Below are positions 39,435 through 49,363 of a DNA stretch of 64,000 nucleotides, piece by piece. Made by a program: the position numbers and the translations under genes. Within the stretch, counting starts at the first letter, position 1, and every line of letters begins with the position of its first letter. Origin of the DNA: Candidatus Coatesbacteria bacterium (lineage in GTDB: Bacteria; JAFGND01). The notes under the pieces were generated by a model. The model did no database searches. It had not been told where the DNA came from and was given only the letters and a program-made list of their open reading frames with translations. The stretch is taken from positions 1-64,000 of the forward strand of contig JAFGND010000006.1 of the NCBI GenBank assembly GCA_016927185.1, in the 5' to 3' direction.

Positions 39435-41247
39435 GCTTTATCCTTTCTCTCCAGTCAAATTCCTCTTTAAATACTGGTTGTTGTGTCTTGTCAAGCAGGA
39501 AATTCTCCATAACAAGATAATCCATTTCTGTTCTCATGAAGCAGGTATATGCATCTTTCGGACTATGGACTATCGGCTCTCCTCTTACATTAAATGAAGT
39601 ATTGATAATGACTGCGCATCCTGTTTTATCCTTGAAACTGTTTATCAAGTCATAATAAAATGGATTCGTTTTTCTGGAAACACTTTGTATTCTCGCAGAA
39701 TAATCAACATGAGTTATGGCAGGAATACTGGATCTCGGGACATTAAGTTTGTCTATTCCGAAAAGTTTCTTTTCCTTTTCTGTCATTTCCACTCTGAGAT
39801 TTTCATTAACAAAAGCTACCAGAAGCATATAAGGACTTGGTCTGTCTATTTCGAAATAATCCCCAATATATTCTTCAAGAACAGATGGGGCAAAAGGTCT
39901 GAAGGATTCCCTGAATTTTATTTTCAAATTCAGGACTTTCTGCATTTGCCTGGATCTTGCATCACCAATAATGGATCTGGATCCCAGAGCTCTTGGCCCG
40001 AACTCCATTCTTCCCTGAAAGAAACCTATTACTTTCTCATTTCCAAGTAAGTCCGCAACTTTTTCAATTATCTCATCCCTTGTAAACTTCCTGTATGGGT
40101 ATTTGTTTTCTTTCAACCATGTTTCTATTTCATCATCTGAGAAGGCTGGGCCGAGAAAACTACCCATCTGCATATCTTCTTCAATAGAAGCTTTTCTGGG
40201 ATTATCAAGATATTCATACCACACTGCAAGAGCAGCTCCAAGAGCTCCTCCAGCATCTCCAGCTGCAGGTTGTATCCACAAATCCTTGAAAATCCTTTCT
40301 CGTAATATCACTCCATTACCTACGCAATTGAGTGCCACTCCGCCTGCCAAAACAAGATAATCCATTGAGGTTTCCTTCTTGATATATCTTGCCATGTTAA
40401 GCATTATGATTTCAGTGACATCCTGTATGCTTCTTGCCAGATCCATGTCTTTCTGAGTAACTGGAGACTCGCTTTTTCTGGGTTTCCCTTCAAAAAGCTC
40501 GTTGAATGCATTATTAGTCATTGTCAAGCCCACTGGATAATTAAAATACTTCAGGTTTAAGCTTATTGAACCATCTTCTTTAATGTCTACGAGCTCTTTC
40601 AGGATCAAATCAACATACTTAGGTTCACCATATGGTGCCAGCCCCATAAGTTTGTATTCACCTGAATTAACCTTGAAACCAGTGAAATAGGTAAATGCAG
40701 AATATAAAAGTCCCACACTATGAGGAAATCTGAGTTCCTTAATCAAAGTGATTTTATTATCCTTGCCATAGCCATACGAAGAAGTTGCCCATTCCCCCAC
40801 TCCATCAATTGTCAATATGGCTGCTTCCTGAAATGGTGATGGGTAAAACGCAGAAGCTGCATGAGATTGATGATGCTCAGTAAACAAGATTTCTCCCTCA
40901 AATCCTTCTAAAACTTCAGCAATTTCAGCTTTTGTCCATAGCTTTTCCCTCAACCAGAGAGGAACTGAATGATAGAATGAAGAAATTCCTTTTGGTGCAA
41001 AAGCAAGATATGTCTGAAGAATTCTTTCAAATTTTAGCAGAGGTTTGTCATAAAAGACTACAATATCTAGATTTGCTGGAGAAATATTAGCTTCTTTCAG
41101 GCAATATTCAACAGCATTAAAAGGGAATTCTGAATCATGCTTGATTCTAGTGAATCTCTCTTCCTGGGCAGCTGCAATAATATTTCCGTCTCTGATTAAT
41201 GCAGCGGCAGAATCGTGATAAAACGCAGATATACCTAAAATATTCAT
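39427..41247 (-). CDS. O-carbamoyltransferase (NodU/CmcH/SxtI family)
   Basis: ILGISAFYHDSAA, EHHQSHAASAF, DGVGE, EYKLMGLAPYG, EFGPRALG, NTSFN. Start is ATG 41247. Confidence 0.95.
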   Translation of the reverse strand: MNILGISAFYHDSAAALIRDGNIIAAAQEERFTRIKHDSEFPFNAVEYCLKEANISPANLDIVVFYDKPLLKFERILQTYLAFAPKGISSFYHSVPLWLREKLWTKAEIAEVLEGFEGEILFTEHHQSHAASAFYPSPFQEAAILTIDGVGEWATSSYGYGKDNKITLIKELRFPHSVGLLYSAFTYFTGFKVNSGEYKLMGLAPYGEPKYVDLILKELVDIKEDGSISLNLKYFNYPVGLTMTNNAFNELFEGKPRKSESPVTQKDMDLARSIQDVTEIIMLNMARYIKKETSMDYLVLAGGVALNCVGNGVILRERIFKDLWIQPAAGDAGGALGAALAVWYEYLDNPRKASIEEDMQMGSFLGPAFSDDEIETWLKENKYPYRKFTRDEIIEKVADLLGNEKVIGFFQGRMEFGPRALGSRSIIGDARSRQMQKVLNLKIKFRESFRPFAPSVLEEYIGDYFEIDRPSPYMLLVAFVNENLRVEMTEKEKKLFGIDKLNVPRSSIPAITHVDYSARIQSVSRKTNPFYYDLINSFKDKTGCAVIINTSFNVRGEPIVHSPKDAYTCFMRTEMDYLVMENFLLDKTQQPVFKEEFDWRERIKLD

Positions 41248-41453
41248 ATTTGCCTTAAAGTACTTTAAACGAAACCTTGTCAAGGCTTTCTTATCCATAT
41301 TTTGCATAAAGAACCCATAACTATTATTATTGTAGAAATATAAACAAGAAGAAATCGAAGGTTTTTAATGATTATTGAATTTTCCCTTGATTAAGGTTGC
41401 ACTTGACCAATTTTTGCTTCTTTATAAAACGGACAAAAAAGAATTAGGTTAGA

Positions 41454-43232
41454 ATGTTAGCTAATGAACTAAGGGAAAAATATTTATCCTTTTTTAAACT
41501 GAAGGATCATGTTATTATTCAATCTGCCTCTTTGATTCCAGAAAATGATCCCAGCGTTCTTTTCACGACAGCAGGAATGCATCCTTTGGTACCATTTCTT
41601 TTAGGTGAAAAGCATCCAGCTGGGAAAAGAATTACAAGCTGCCAGAAATGCATAAGAACCGGTGATATTGCTGATGTAGGTGACTTGATGCATGGGACTT
41701 TCTTTGAAATGCTTGGCAACTGGTCATTAGGAGATTATTTCAAGAAAGAGTCTATAGCATTGTCTTATGAATTCCTCACTTCATCCAACTGGCTTGATAT
41801 AGATATTAACAGAATAAGTATCACAGTATTTGCAGGAGATGCAGATGCACCCAGGGATGAAACCTCGGCAAATCTCTGGAAAAAGCTGGGAATCCCTGAA
41901 AACAGGATATACTATTATCCCAAAAAAGATAACTGGTGGGGACCTCCTGGAGAAACCGGACCATGTGGACCTGACACAGAAATATTCTTTGATGCCGGAC
42001 TTCCTGAATGCTCTTCGGAATGCAGACCAGGCTGTTCTTGCGGAAAATACTTCGAGATATGGAATAATGTTTTTATGGAGTACAAGAAGACAAGTACTGG
42101 CAAATATGAACCATTGCTTCAGAAAAATGTTGATACAGGAATGGGAGTGGAGAGAACAATTGCAATGCTTCAGGGAAAACGGAGCATATATGATACAGAA
42201 CTATTCCTGCCAGTAATAGGGAAGATCTCAGAATTATCAAATAAGTCTTACTCAGATTATATTAAACCTATGCGTATAGTAGCTGATCATTTGAAAGCTG
42301 CTACTTTCATAATGGGTGATCCTCTTGGAGTTGCTCCATCTAATCTGGATCAGGGCTATGTTCTGAGACGACTTATAAGAATATCTGTAAGACAAGCCAG
42401 AAATCTGAATTTGTGTCATGATAATCTGATTTCAATATCAAGGACAATAGCTGGAATATACGGTGATGTCTATCCTGAACTCATGAATAACTGGAATTTC
42501 ATCGAGAAGAATCTGACTGAAGAAAGCATCCAGTTCGAACTTACTCTTGAAAAAGGTTTGAAGGAATTCGAGAAGATAATCAGCAATCCTGAATCAATAT
42601 GTGATGGCATATTAAGTGGTCAGCTGGTTTTCAAGCTTCATGATACATTCGGTTTTCCTCCAGAGCTTACTACTGAACTTGCAGCTGAAAAAGGAATAAA
42701 AACTGATATAGAGGGATACAGAGAAGCTTTCAGGAAACATCAGGAAATCTCTAGATCAGGTTCAGACATACGTTTCAAGGGAGGCTTGGCTGATTGTGAA
42801 GAAAACACGATAAAACTCCATACTGTAACACATTTACTTCACAAGGCATTAAGAATAGTTCTTGGAAATCATGTTATGCAGAAAGGCAGTAACATCACAC
42901 CGCAAAGGCTCAGATTCGATTTCTCACATCCTGATAAACTTACTGATGACCAGATAAGGAAAGTGGAAGAAATAATAAACAAGCAGATAGAACGAAATAT
43001 GGATATAGAGATAAGTGAGATGACTGTTGAAGAAGCCAAGAATAAAGGTGCCATAGGATTGTTCGAGGGAAAATATGGTGAAAAGGTCAAGGTCTATAAA
43101 ATAGGAGACTTCTCCATAGAAATATGTGGTGGACCTCATGTAATGAACACAGGAAAACTTGGTAAATTTAAGATAATAAAAGAAGAGAGTTCATCAAAAG
43201 GTGTAAGAAGGATAAAAGCAATTCTAGAATAA
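41454..43232 (+). CDS. alaS: Alanine--tRNA ligase, short form lacking the C-Ala domain
   Basis: LFTTAGM, FFEMLGNWS, GPCGPDTE, DTGMGVER; editing motifs HTVTH and CGGPH; ends at GVRRIKAILE. Confidence 0.97.
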   Translation: MLANELREKYLSFFKLKDHVIIQSASLIPENDPSVLFTTAGMHPLVPFLLGEKHPAGKRITSCQKCIRTGDIADVGDLMHGTFFEMLGNWSLGDYFKKESIALSYEFLTSSNWLDIDINRISITVFAGDADAPRDETSANLWKKLGIPENRIYYYPKKDNWWGPPGETGPCGPDTEIFFDAGLPECSSECRPGCSCGKYFEIWNNVFMEYKKTSTGKYEPLLQKNVDTGMGVERTIAMLQGKRSIYDTELFLPVIGKISELSNKSYSDYIKPMRIVADHLKAATFIMGDPLGVAPSNLDQGYVLRRLIRISVRQARNLNLCHDNLISISRTIAGIYGDVYPELMNNWNFIEKNLTEESIQFELTLEKGLKEFEKIISNPESICDGILSGQLVFKLHDTFGFPPELTTELAAEKGIKTDIEGYREAFRKHQEISRSGSDIRFKGGLADCEENTIKLHTVTHLLHKALRIVLGNHVMQKGSNITPQRLRFDFSHPDKLTDDQIRKVEEIINKQIERNMDIEISEMTVEEAKNKGAIGLFEGKYGEKVKVYKIGDFSIEICGGPHVMNTGKLGKFKIIKEESSSKGVRRIKAILE

Positions 43233-43243
43233 AGAGGTAATCT

Positions 43244-43972
43244 ATGAAAAAAACAAATATACTTATAGTCGAAGATGATAATAATGTTGCAAACCTTGAA
43301 AAGATAGTTCTTTCAGATGCCGGCTATAATGTTTCAATTGCTGAAAATCCTGAGAAGATGTGGTCTATACTTAAGGAAGAAGAAATAAGCCTTATCTTCA
43401 TGGATTACAAAATCCCTGAATCAGATATAATGGAATTACTTTCTATACTTGTATATACTTATCCGGGAATTCCGATTGTAATGATTACAGGATATGGCGA
43501 AGAGTCAACAGTGATTGAAGCTTTCAAGAGAGGTGTAAAAGATTATATTGTAAAGGACTATAAAGCCGATTATCTTCTTCAATTGCCTAAAGTGGCTAGT
43601 GAATTATTGCAGAAAACTGAAGATGCAAAACATGATATTCTTAAAGCCAGGAATTGTGTTATCTTCAAGACAATAATGGATAGATGTGATATGTCTTTAG
43701 TTGTTTCGAATGAAAATCTGGAAGTACTATGGTATAACAAGAAATGCGAGGAAACTCCCAAACTGAAAAAAATAAAGAACAGCAAATCACTAGTCAGTAT
43801 TCTTAACCTTGAAGAAAACATCATTAATAATGACAAAAGCGAGATTGTATCAAAAATCGAAGATAACTTAAGTGACAAAATTAGCTGGAAGATTTTCTGG
43901 ATTGATAATGAAGACAGTAAGATTATAAAAAAATCCTTGCTTATCATAATGGGAATGAAAAAACTAAAATAG
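43244..43972 (+). CDS. Response regulator (receiver plus degenerate PAS-like C-terminus)
   Basis: ILIVEDD, FMDYKIP, MITG, DYIVK; no recognisable DNA-binding domain. Confidence 0.8.
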   Translation: MKKTNILIVEDDNNVANLEKIVLSDAGYNVSIAENPEKMWSILKEEEISLIFMDYKIPESDIMELLSILVYTYPGIPIVMITGYGEESTVIEAFKRGVKDYIVKDYKADYLLQLPKVASELLQKTEDAKHDILKARNCVIFKTIMDRCDMSLVVSNENLEVLWYNKKCEETPKLKKIKNSKSLVSILNLEENIINNDKSEIVSKIEDNLSDKISWKIFWIDNEDSKIIKKSLLIIMGMKKLK

Positions 43973-43976
43973 CATG

Positions 43977-45107
43977 CTATCTTGTTGCTTCAAGATAGTC
44001 TTTCAATTTAGCTTGTGAGAAAAAATTCTTGAGTCTGGATGCATTACTTAGAAATATGCTGCTCCAGAATGGATGAGGAGCAAGAGGGATCTGAGTGAAG
44101 TAATTGAATCTTGAATTCAATTCATATAATAAGTCTGATAAATCCTTGTAATCTGCCGGTTTCAATTGCATATATACAGATCTCAAGTCTATATTCAGGC
44201 AATTATCGAAATCTGAAATAGATACTTTTATTATGTCATTAAGAAGGAAGGTTAACAGCGAAACTGCAGTATATGACCTGTTGTCTTCCTCTTTGTAAAA
44301 ACTCTGCATTGGAGCAAATTCCTCCATGACAGTCCAGAAATAAGAAATATTGTTTGAAACCAATCCATAAATAATTTTTAACAACAACCTTCTCATTTTT
44401 ATAAGCTCATCATATGAAGCTGAAATAGCTTTACCGAAGGATCCCTGAGAATAAACGGACAGGAATCTTGCAACCTCATTATCGAAGCCTTTAGTAATAA
44501 GGCTTTCTATCAATTCCTGTTTGCCTATTGGATTTAATCCTATGATTACGGATCTGCTTTTTATAGTAGAAATTATCTTTTCTGGATAACTGGAAGTCAT
44601 GAGGAAAAATGTTTCTCCTGGAGGTTCTTCAAGAGTTTTCAAGAAAGCATTTGAAGATTCTTCATTCATCCTGTGCACATCTATCAACAAGACAACCTTC
44701 ACGGATGCTTCAAAAGGTTTGGCATCAAGCTTTGTTTGCAGGTTTTTTATCTGGGTTAGAGAAATCTCGCTTTTGGGAAATGGATGATGGCTTGAATTCT
44801 CAATCAAGAATTCCTTGAAAAAGGTGTTTTCGGTTTTCTTCTTGAATTTATCAGATTGTCCACTTGCTGGAAAAACTAGATGAAAATCAGGATAATCAAA
44901 CCTGCCAATTCTTGAGGAAACATTGTATTTAAAATAATCATCAGGATTGCTTCTGTAAAATATTGCTTCTGCAATTATCCTTGCAAAGCTGGTTTTACCT
45001 ATGCCTTGCTTTCCAACTAACAGACATGTCTGGGGAAACTTGTTTGAAAGCAATTGGTGTAATGTAATTTTCTTTTGTTTGTCGTGTCCATATATCTTCT
45101 TGAACAT
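43977..45107 (-). CDS. holB: DNA polymerase III subunit delta'
   Basis: IYGHD, GKQGIGKT, YPDFH, NAFLKTLEEPP, TIKSR. Start is probably ATG 45107. Confidence 0.88.
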   Translation of the reverse strand: MFKKIYGHDKQKKITLHQLLSNKFPQTCLLVGKQGIGKTSFARIIAEAIFYRSNPDDYFKYNVSSRIGRFDYPDFHLVFPASGQSDKFKKKTENTFFKEFLIENSSHHPFPKSEISLTQIKNLQTKLDAKPFEASVKVVLLIDVHRMNEESSNAFLKTLEEPPGETFFLMTSSYPEKIISTIKSRSVIIGLNPIGKQELIESLITKGFDNEVARFLSVYSQGSFGKAISASYDELIKMRRLLLKIIYGLVSNNISYFWTVMEEFAPMQSFYKEEDNRSYTAVSLLTFLLNDIIKVSISDFDNCLNIDLRSVYMQLKPADYKDLSDLLYELNSRFNYFTQIPLAPHPFWSSIFLSNASRLKNFFSQAKLKDYLEATR

Positions 45108-45202
45108 GTTTTTCAAAATATCTTGCATTTGAAAACCCTTTTTTAAAAATGTGTTTCAACTTCAACTTTGTTGCAGAAGCTTTGTGTTTATTAGGATAAG
45201 TT

Positions 45203-45721
45203 ATGTCAATTGAAAAGAAAGATAGAATAAAAATTCCAGCTGAGATAAAAAGATTAAAAATTGGAGCCTGGCATTTTGATAAGAATGATTCAGCAGTATC
45301 TACAATAATTGGCTTAGGTTCATGCATCGGATTAGTACTGTTTGATCCTGTCAATAAGTTCGGGCTTTTGTCTCACCTTATGCTGCCAAAGAAGCCAACT
45401 AATGCTTATTCCGATACTCCTGATTTGAGATATATAAAGGATGCTGTACCATTTTTTGTGGATATCATGGAAAAAAACAATGCCAGAGAGATAATTGCTA
45501 AAGCAGTAGGAGGAGCCACTTTATTCAAGGAACTCCAGATGGAAGGAAGACTCAGTGTTGGAGAAAGAAATATAATTGCTCTTCATGAATCTCTTGACTC
45601 CCTTAAAATCCCTCTTGTTGCAAAAGATCTGGACAAGGAGCATGGAAGAACTATTTTCTTTTTTCACAACACCGGGCATATTCTAATAAGATCTTATAAG
45701 ATGGGAGAAAATTATATATGA
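45203..45721 (+). CDS. cheD: Chemoreceptor glutamine deamidase CheD
   Basis: GLGSCIG, SHLMLP, AKAVGGA, VGERN, GRTI. Confidence 0.88.
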   Translation: MSIEKKDRIKIPAEIKRLKIGAWHFDKNDSAVSTIIGLGSCIGLVLFDPVNKFGLLSHLMLPKKPTNAYSDTPDLRYIKDAVPFFVDIMEKNNAREIIAKAVGGATLFKELQMEGRLSVGERNIIALHESLDSLKIPLVAKDLDKEHGRTIFFFHNTGHILIRSYKMGENYI

Positions 45722-45981
45722 AATCAGGTTTTGACAAGCATTCTATATAATGGTTTTGCCATAAGTGAAAAATAAAAAAATGTATATTGACTTATTTTCA
45801 ACTAATATTAAAAACGAGTTTACAAAATAATGTTAAGATTGATTAAATAAACAAATAAATCTATAGAAACAGACAGAAATGATGAACTATAAAAAACTTG
45901 ATTCCAAGTTTGAATTGACAAGAATAAGCAGCTTCAAAATGAAGACTACATTCATAATTAAAAAAGGTTAGGGATAAGCCT

Positions 45982-46938
45982 ATGGAGAAGAAAACAAAAA
46001 AAGTTTTAGTATATGAAAACGACAGCGGGATTCAAGAAGTATATGCACTTGAGCTAGAACACAGGGGATTCATAGTCAAGTGTGTCACTGAAGAAAACAG
46101 AATTCTGAGAACTCTCAGGAGCAGTGAATACGATATAATTCTTTTCGATATATCAACTGTACCAAGTAATCTATATTCCATGCTGAAAAAGATCAGAAGA
46201 GAATTTGAGGAAATCCCGATTGTACTGAATGGTTCTCTTGAACCAAAACAGAAAGAGATGCTCATCAAGAATATAATGAATGTCATACTAAAATCTGAAG
46301 GTCTGGATGAATTATTCGATGAAATAGTAAGATCAACCAATTCAGGCGAGATAGTCCCCATAGAAGAGGAATCACACGAGATTGTTTATGAAGATAATGT
46401 TCACATTCAATTTGATTTATATGAGGATGAGGAAGAGGAAACGGATCTTGAAGAAGGATTTCAATTAACAGACTATCAGGAAGAAGAAGAGGAACTGGAA
46501 GACACAAGTTTCCTCACTCTTGATGACTATGAACCTAGTGCTGCGGCAAAACCTAAGAGGCAGATTTCAAGAATGCTGAAATCAAAAGAGGAAGATTATT
46601 CAGATAGTGATGATGAAGAGGATTATGAAGATGAAGAAGAAGATGAATATGACGAAGAAGAGGAACTCAAGGAAGAATATGAAGATGAAGTAGAAGAAGA
46701 AAAAATAATAAAGAAACCTACCCCTAAAAAGAAAACTGAAGAGAAAGCAGCAAAGACAACACAGGAAATCAGGAAAAAACCGAAAGAGAAAGAAAAGGAA
46801 GTAAAAAAACCTATCATGATTTCGCAAACTGATGAAGTTTCCTCTGCTTCAAAAAAGAAACCAAAAATAAAACCAAAGAAGGAGCTTTTCTCCCCAGAAG
46901 ACTATCTGGATTGGATGTTAGAGGAAGCTGAGAAATGA
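45982..46938 (+). CDS. Atypical receiver-domain protein with acidic and Lys-rich disordered tail
   Basis: VLVYEND, DIILFDI, IPIVL and ILKS motifs, followed by a D/E tract and then a K-rich tract. Confidence 0.7.
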   Translation: MEKKTKKVLVYENDSGIQEVYALELEHRGFIVKCVTEENRILRTLRSSEYDIILFDISTVPSNLYSMLKKIRREFEEIPIVLNGSLEPKQKEMLIKNIMNVILKSEGLDELFDEIVRSTNSGEIVPIEEESHEIVYEDNVHIQFDLYEDEEEETDLEEGFQLTDYQEEEEELEDTSFLTLDDYEPSAAAKPKRQISRMLKSKEEDYSDSDDEEDYEDEEEDEYDEEEELKEEYEDEVEEEKIIKKPTPKKKTEEKAAKTTQEIRKKPKEKEKEVKKPIMISQTDEVSSASKKKPKIKPKKELFSPEDYLDWMLEEAEK

Positions 46939-48380
46939 CAAGCAAATTTGAAGAACTTGGACTTACATATGATGATATTCTCCTTGTTCCTCAAAAAAGC
47001 TCTGTTCTTCCTAAAGAAACATCACTGAAAACAAAGCTGACCAAAAAGCTCTATCTAAATATACCCATACTGTCTGCTGCAATGGATACAGTTACAGAAT
47101 ACCAGATGGCAATTGCATTAGCACAGCTTGGAGGCCTTGGAATCATACATAAAAATATGACATTGAATGCTCAATTAACCCAGGTTCAAAGAGTGAAAAG
47201 ATCAGAATCAGGATTGATAGTAAATCCAATGACCATTTCACCAACTCAGCCTATTTCAGTTGCAAGGGAACTGATAGAGAAGCAGGGAATATCGGGTTTA
47301 CCAGTAATTGATAACGATTTATTGATAGGCATTCTCACCAAACGTGATCTCTGGTTCGAGAAGGACTGGAATAAAAAAGTGGAAGAGCTAATGACACCTG
47401 CTGATAAGTTGATAACCGCTCCAGTAGGGACTTCCCAGGAGCAGGCTCAGGATTTGATGCACAAGTATAAGGTTGAAAAACTACCTATAATTGACGAAGA
47501 AATGCACCTGAAAGGTCTGTACACAATAAAGGATCTCGAAAAACAGACACAATTTCCGGATGCCATAAAAGATGATTTAGGAAGATTGTTGGTAGGTGTT
47601 GCTATTGGAGCAGGTGACGAAGGGGTAAAGGCAGCTGAAAAGCTCTTGAATGCGGGTGCAGATATAATAGTTGTAGATTCCGCTCATGGTCATCAAATGA
47701 TGATTCTGAAAACAGTTGAAGCAATAAAGAGAAAATTCCCTGATTCCAACCTGATTGCAGGTAATGTTGTTACAAGGGAAGGTACAAGAGATCTCATTGA
47801 CGCGGGAGCTGATGCAGTCAAGATAGGTGTAGGACCTGGTTCAATTTGCACGACAAGAATTATCGCGGGTGTCGGGATGCCTCAGATATCAGCGATAATT
47901 GAATGTTTTGAGGCTGCAGAAGAAGTTCCCATAATCGCAGATGGCGGGATAAAATATTCTGGTGATATAGTAAAAGCACTTGCACTTGGTGCTTCTACAG
48001 TAATGCTGGGAGGAATGCTTGCAGGAATAGAAGAAAGTCCGGGTGAAATAGTCATTTATCAGGGAAGATCTTTCAAGACTTACAGAGGCATGGGATCAAT
48101 AGGTGCTATGAAGAAAGGCAGCAGTCAACGCTATTTTCAGGAAGGAGAAAAGCTTGTCCCGGAAGGAATTGAAGGCAGAGTTCCATATAAGGGCAAGTTA
48201 TCTGATTTCATCTTCCAGCTGATTGGAGGTATAAAATCAGGCATGGGTTATGTCGGTGCAAACAACCTTGAATCATTGAGATCCAATGCAAGATTCGTAA
48301 GAATAACTTCAGCTGGACTAAGGGAAAGTCACCCACACGATGTAATTATTACAAAAGAATCACCAAATTATAATCCATAA
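46935..48380 (+). CDS. guaB: IMP dehydrogenase
   Basis: [11 protein letters not shown] pair, [27 protein letters not shown]. Confidence 0.98.
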   Translation: MTSKFEELGLTYDDILLVPQKSSVLPKETSLKTKLTKKLYLNIPILSAAMDTVTEYQMAIALAQLGGLGIIHKNMTLNAQLTQVQRVKRSESGLIVNPMTISPTQPISVARELIEKQGISGLPVIDNDLLIGILTKRDLWFEKDWNKKVEELMTPADKLITAPVGTSQEQAQDLMHKYKVEKLPIIDEEMHLKGLYTIKDLEKQTQFPDAIKDDLGRLLVGVAIGAGDEGVKAAEKLLNAGADIIVVDSAHGHQMMILKTVEAIKRKFPDSNLIAGNVVTREGTRDLIDAGADAVKIGVGPGSICTTRIIAGVGMPQISAIIECFEAAEEVPIIADGGIKYSGDIVKALALGASTVMLGGMLAGIEESPGEIVIYQGRSFKTYRGMGSIGAMKKGSSQRYFQEGEKLVPEGIEGRVPYKGKLSDFIFQLIGGIKSGMGYVGANNLESLRSNARFVRITSAGLRESHPHDVIITKESPNYNP

Positions 48381-49361
48381 ATGTCAACGATTTTCATTCG
48401 TGCAGATGGCTCAACTGAAACTGGTTATGGACATCTGATGAGATGCAGTGTACTGGCAAATCATCTTCAAGAAGCAGGACATAAAGTAATCTGGATAACA
48501 AAAAACCCAAGGAAACTTCCCTGGGGCTTTTTAGGCAAAGGTCCATTCAAGGTATTTGATGCTGAAGAGGGGAAGGATGAATCTGCTTTATCAGTCATCT
48601 TGAAAGCAGGTGGAAAAAAAGATGACTGGATAATTATAGACAGTTACAAGATAACAATCAATGATGAGCTGAAGCTGAGATCAAATGGTTTCAAGGTGCT
48701 GACAATAGACGATAATTGTAATAGAATCTTCGATTGTGACATACTCCTTAATCCAAATCCTCATGCAAAAGAGCTGAAATACAAAATTGACAGCAAGACT
48801 ATTTATTTACTGGGTAACGAATATATACTTTTCAGGGAAGATATAATTTCAAATACACCTGTTGACAAGAGATCACCTCCAAGGCAAGGCTTGGTAGTTT
48901 TTGGAGGAACTGATCGTGCAAAACAAACAGAAAGAATAATAAAGATAATATTCAATACTGATTTTTACTGGAATGTAATTCTTCCTGCTGATTATTCTAA
49001 TTATAAGCCAGATTCGCAATATATAAATTACATCCAGGGACCAGTGGATCTAAAGGAATATCTCAAGATTTCAGATTTATATATTGGTTCAGGAGGATTG
49101 ACAATTCATGAAATGGTTTTTCATGGATTGCTTTGTCTTATCATATCGGTTGCCTCAAATCAAATTCCATCTTCAGAATACCTTCATAAAAACAAGGTGG
49201 TTAATTACCTCGGTCATTACAGGAAAGTGAAAGATGATTTGATAAGAAATGAGATAATCAAGACAATAAAGAATGGAAATAAGGATCAATTTCTAAATCT
49301 TCATGGATTCATTGATGGTGATGGTTTCAAAAGAGTCATTTCCGCCATGAAACTAAAATAA
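48381..49361 (+). CDS. pseG: PseG/SpsG-like UDP-sugar hydrolase
   Basis: FIRADG...GYGHLMRC, IDSY, IDD, FGGTD, NQ. Confidence 0.8.
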   Translation: MSTIFIRADGSTETGYGHLMRCSVLANHLQEAGHKVIWITKNPRKLPWGFLGKGPFKVFDAEEGKDESALSVILKAGGKKDDWIIIDSYKITINDELKLRSNGFKVLTIDDNCNRIFDCDILLNPNPHAKELKYKIDSKTIYLLGNEYILFREDIISNTPVDKRSPPRQGLVVFGGTDRAKQTERIIKIIFNTDFYWNVILPADYSNYKPDSQYINYIQGPVDLKEYLKISDLYIGSGGLTIHEMVFHGLLCLIISVASNQIPSSEYLHKNKVVNYLGHYRKVKDDLIRNEIIKTIKNGNKDQFLNLHGFIDGDGFKRVISAMKLK

Positions 49362-49363
49362 TC

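Noticed and set aside
39012..41247. Saxitoxin biosynthesis cluster
   Set aside because: No sxtA, sxtG or other core genes; SxtI/J-like pairs are widespread outside toxin producers.
46400..46830. Antisense Phe/Ser-rich ORFs and GAA/GAT microsatellite
   Set aside because: These are shadows of the Glu/Asp/Lys codons of the plus-strand gene.
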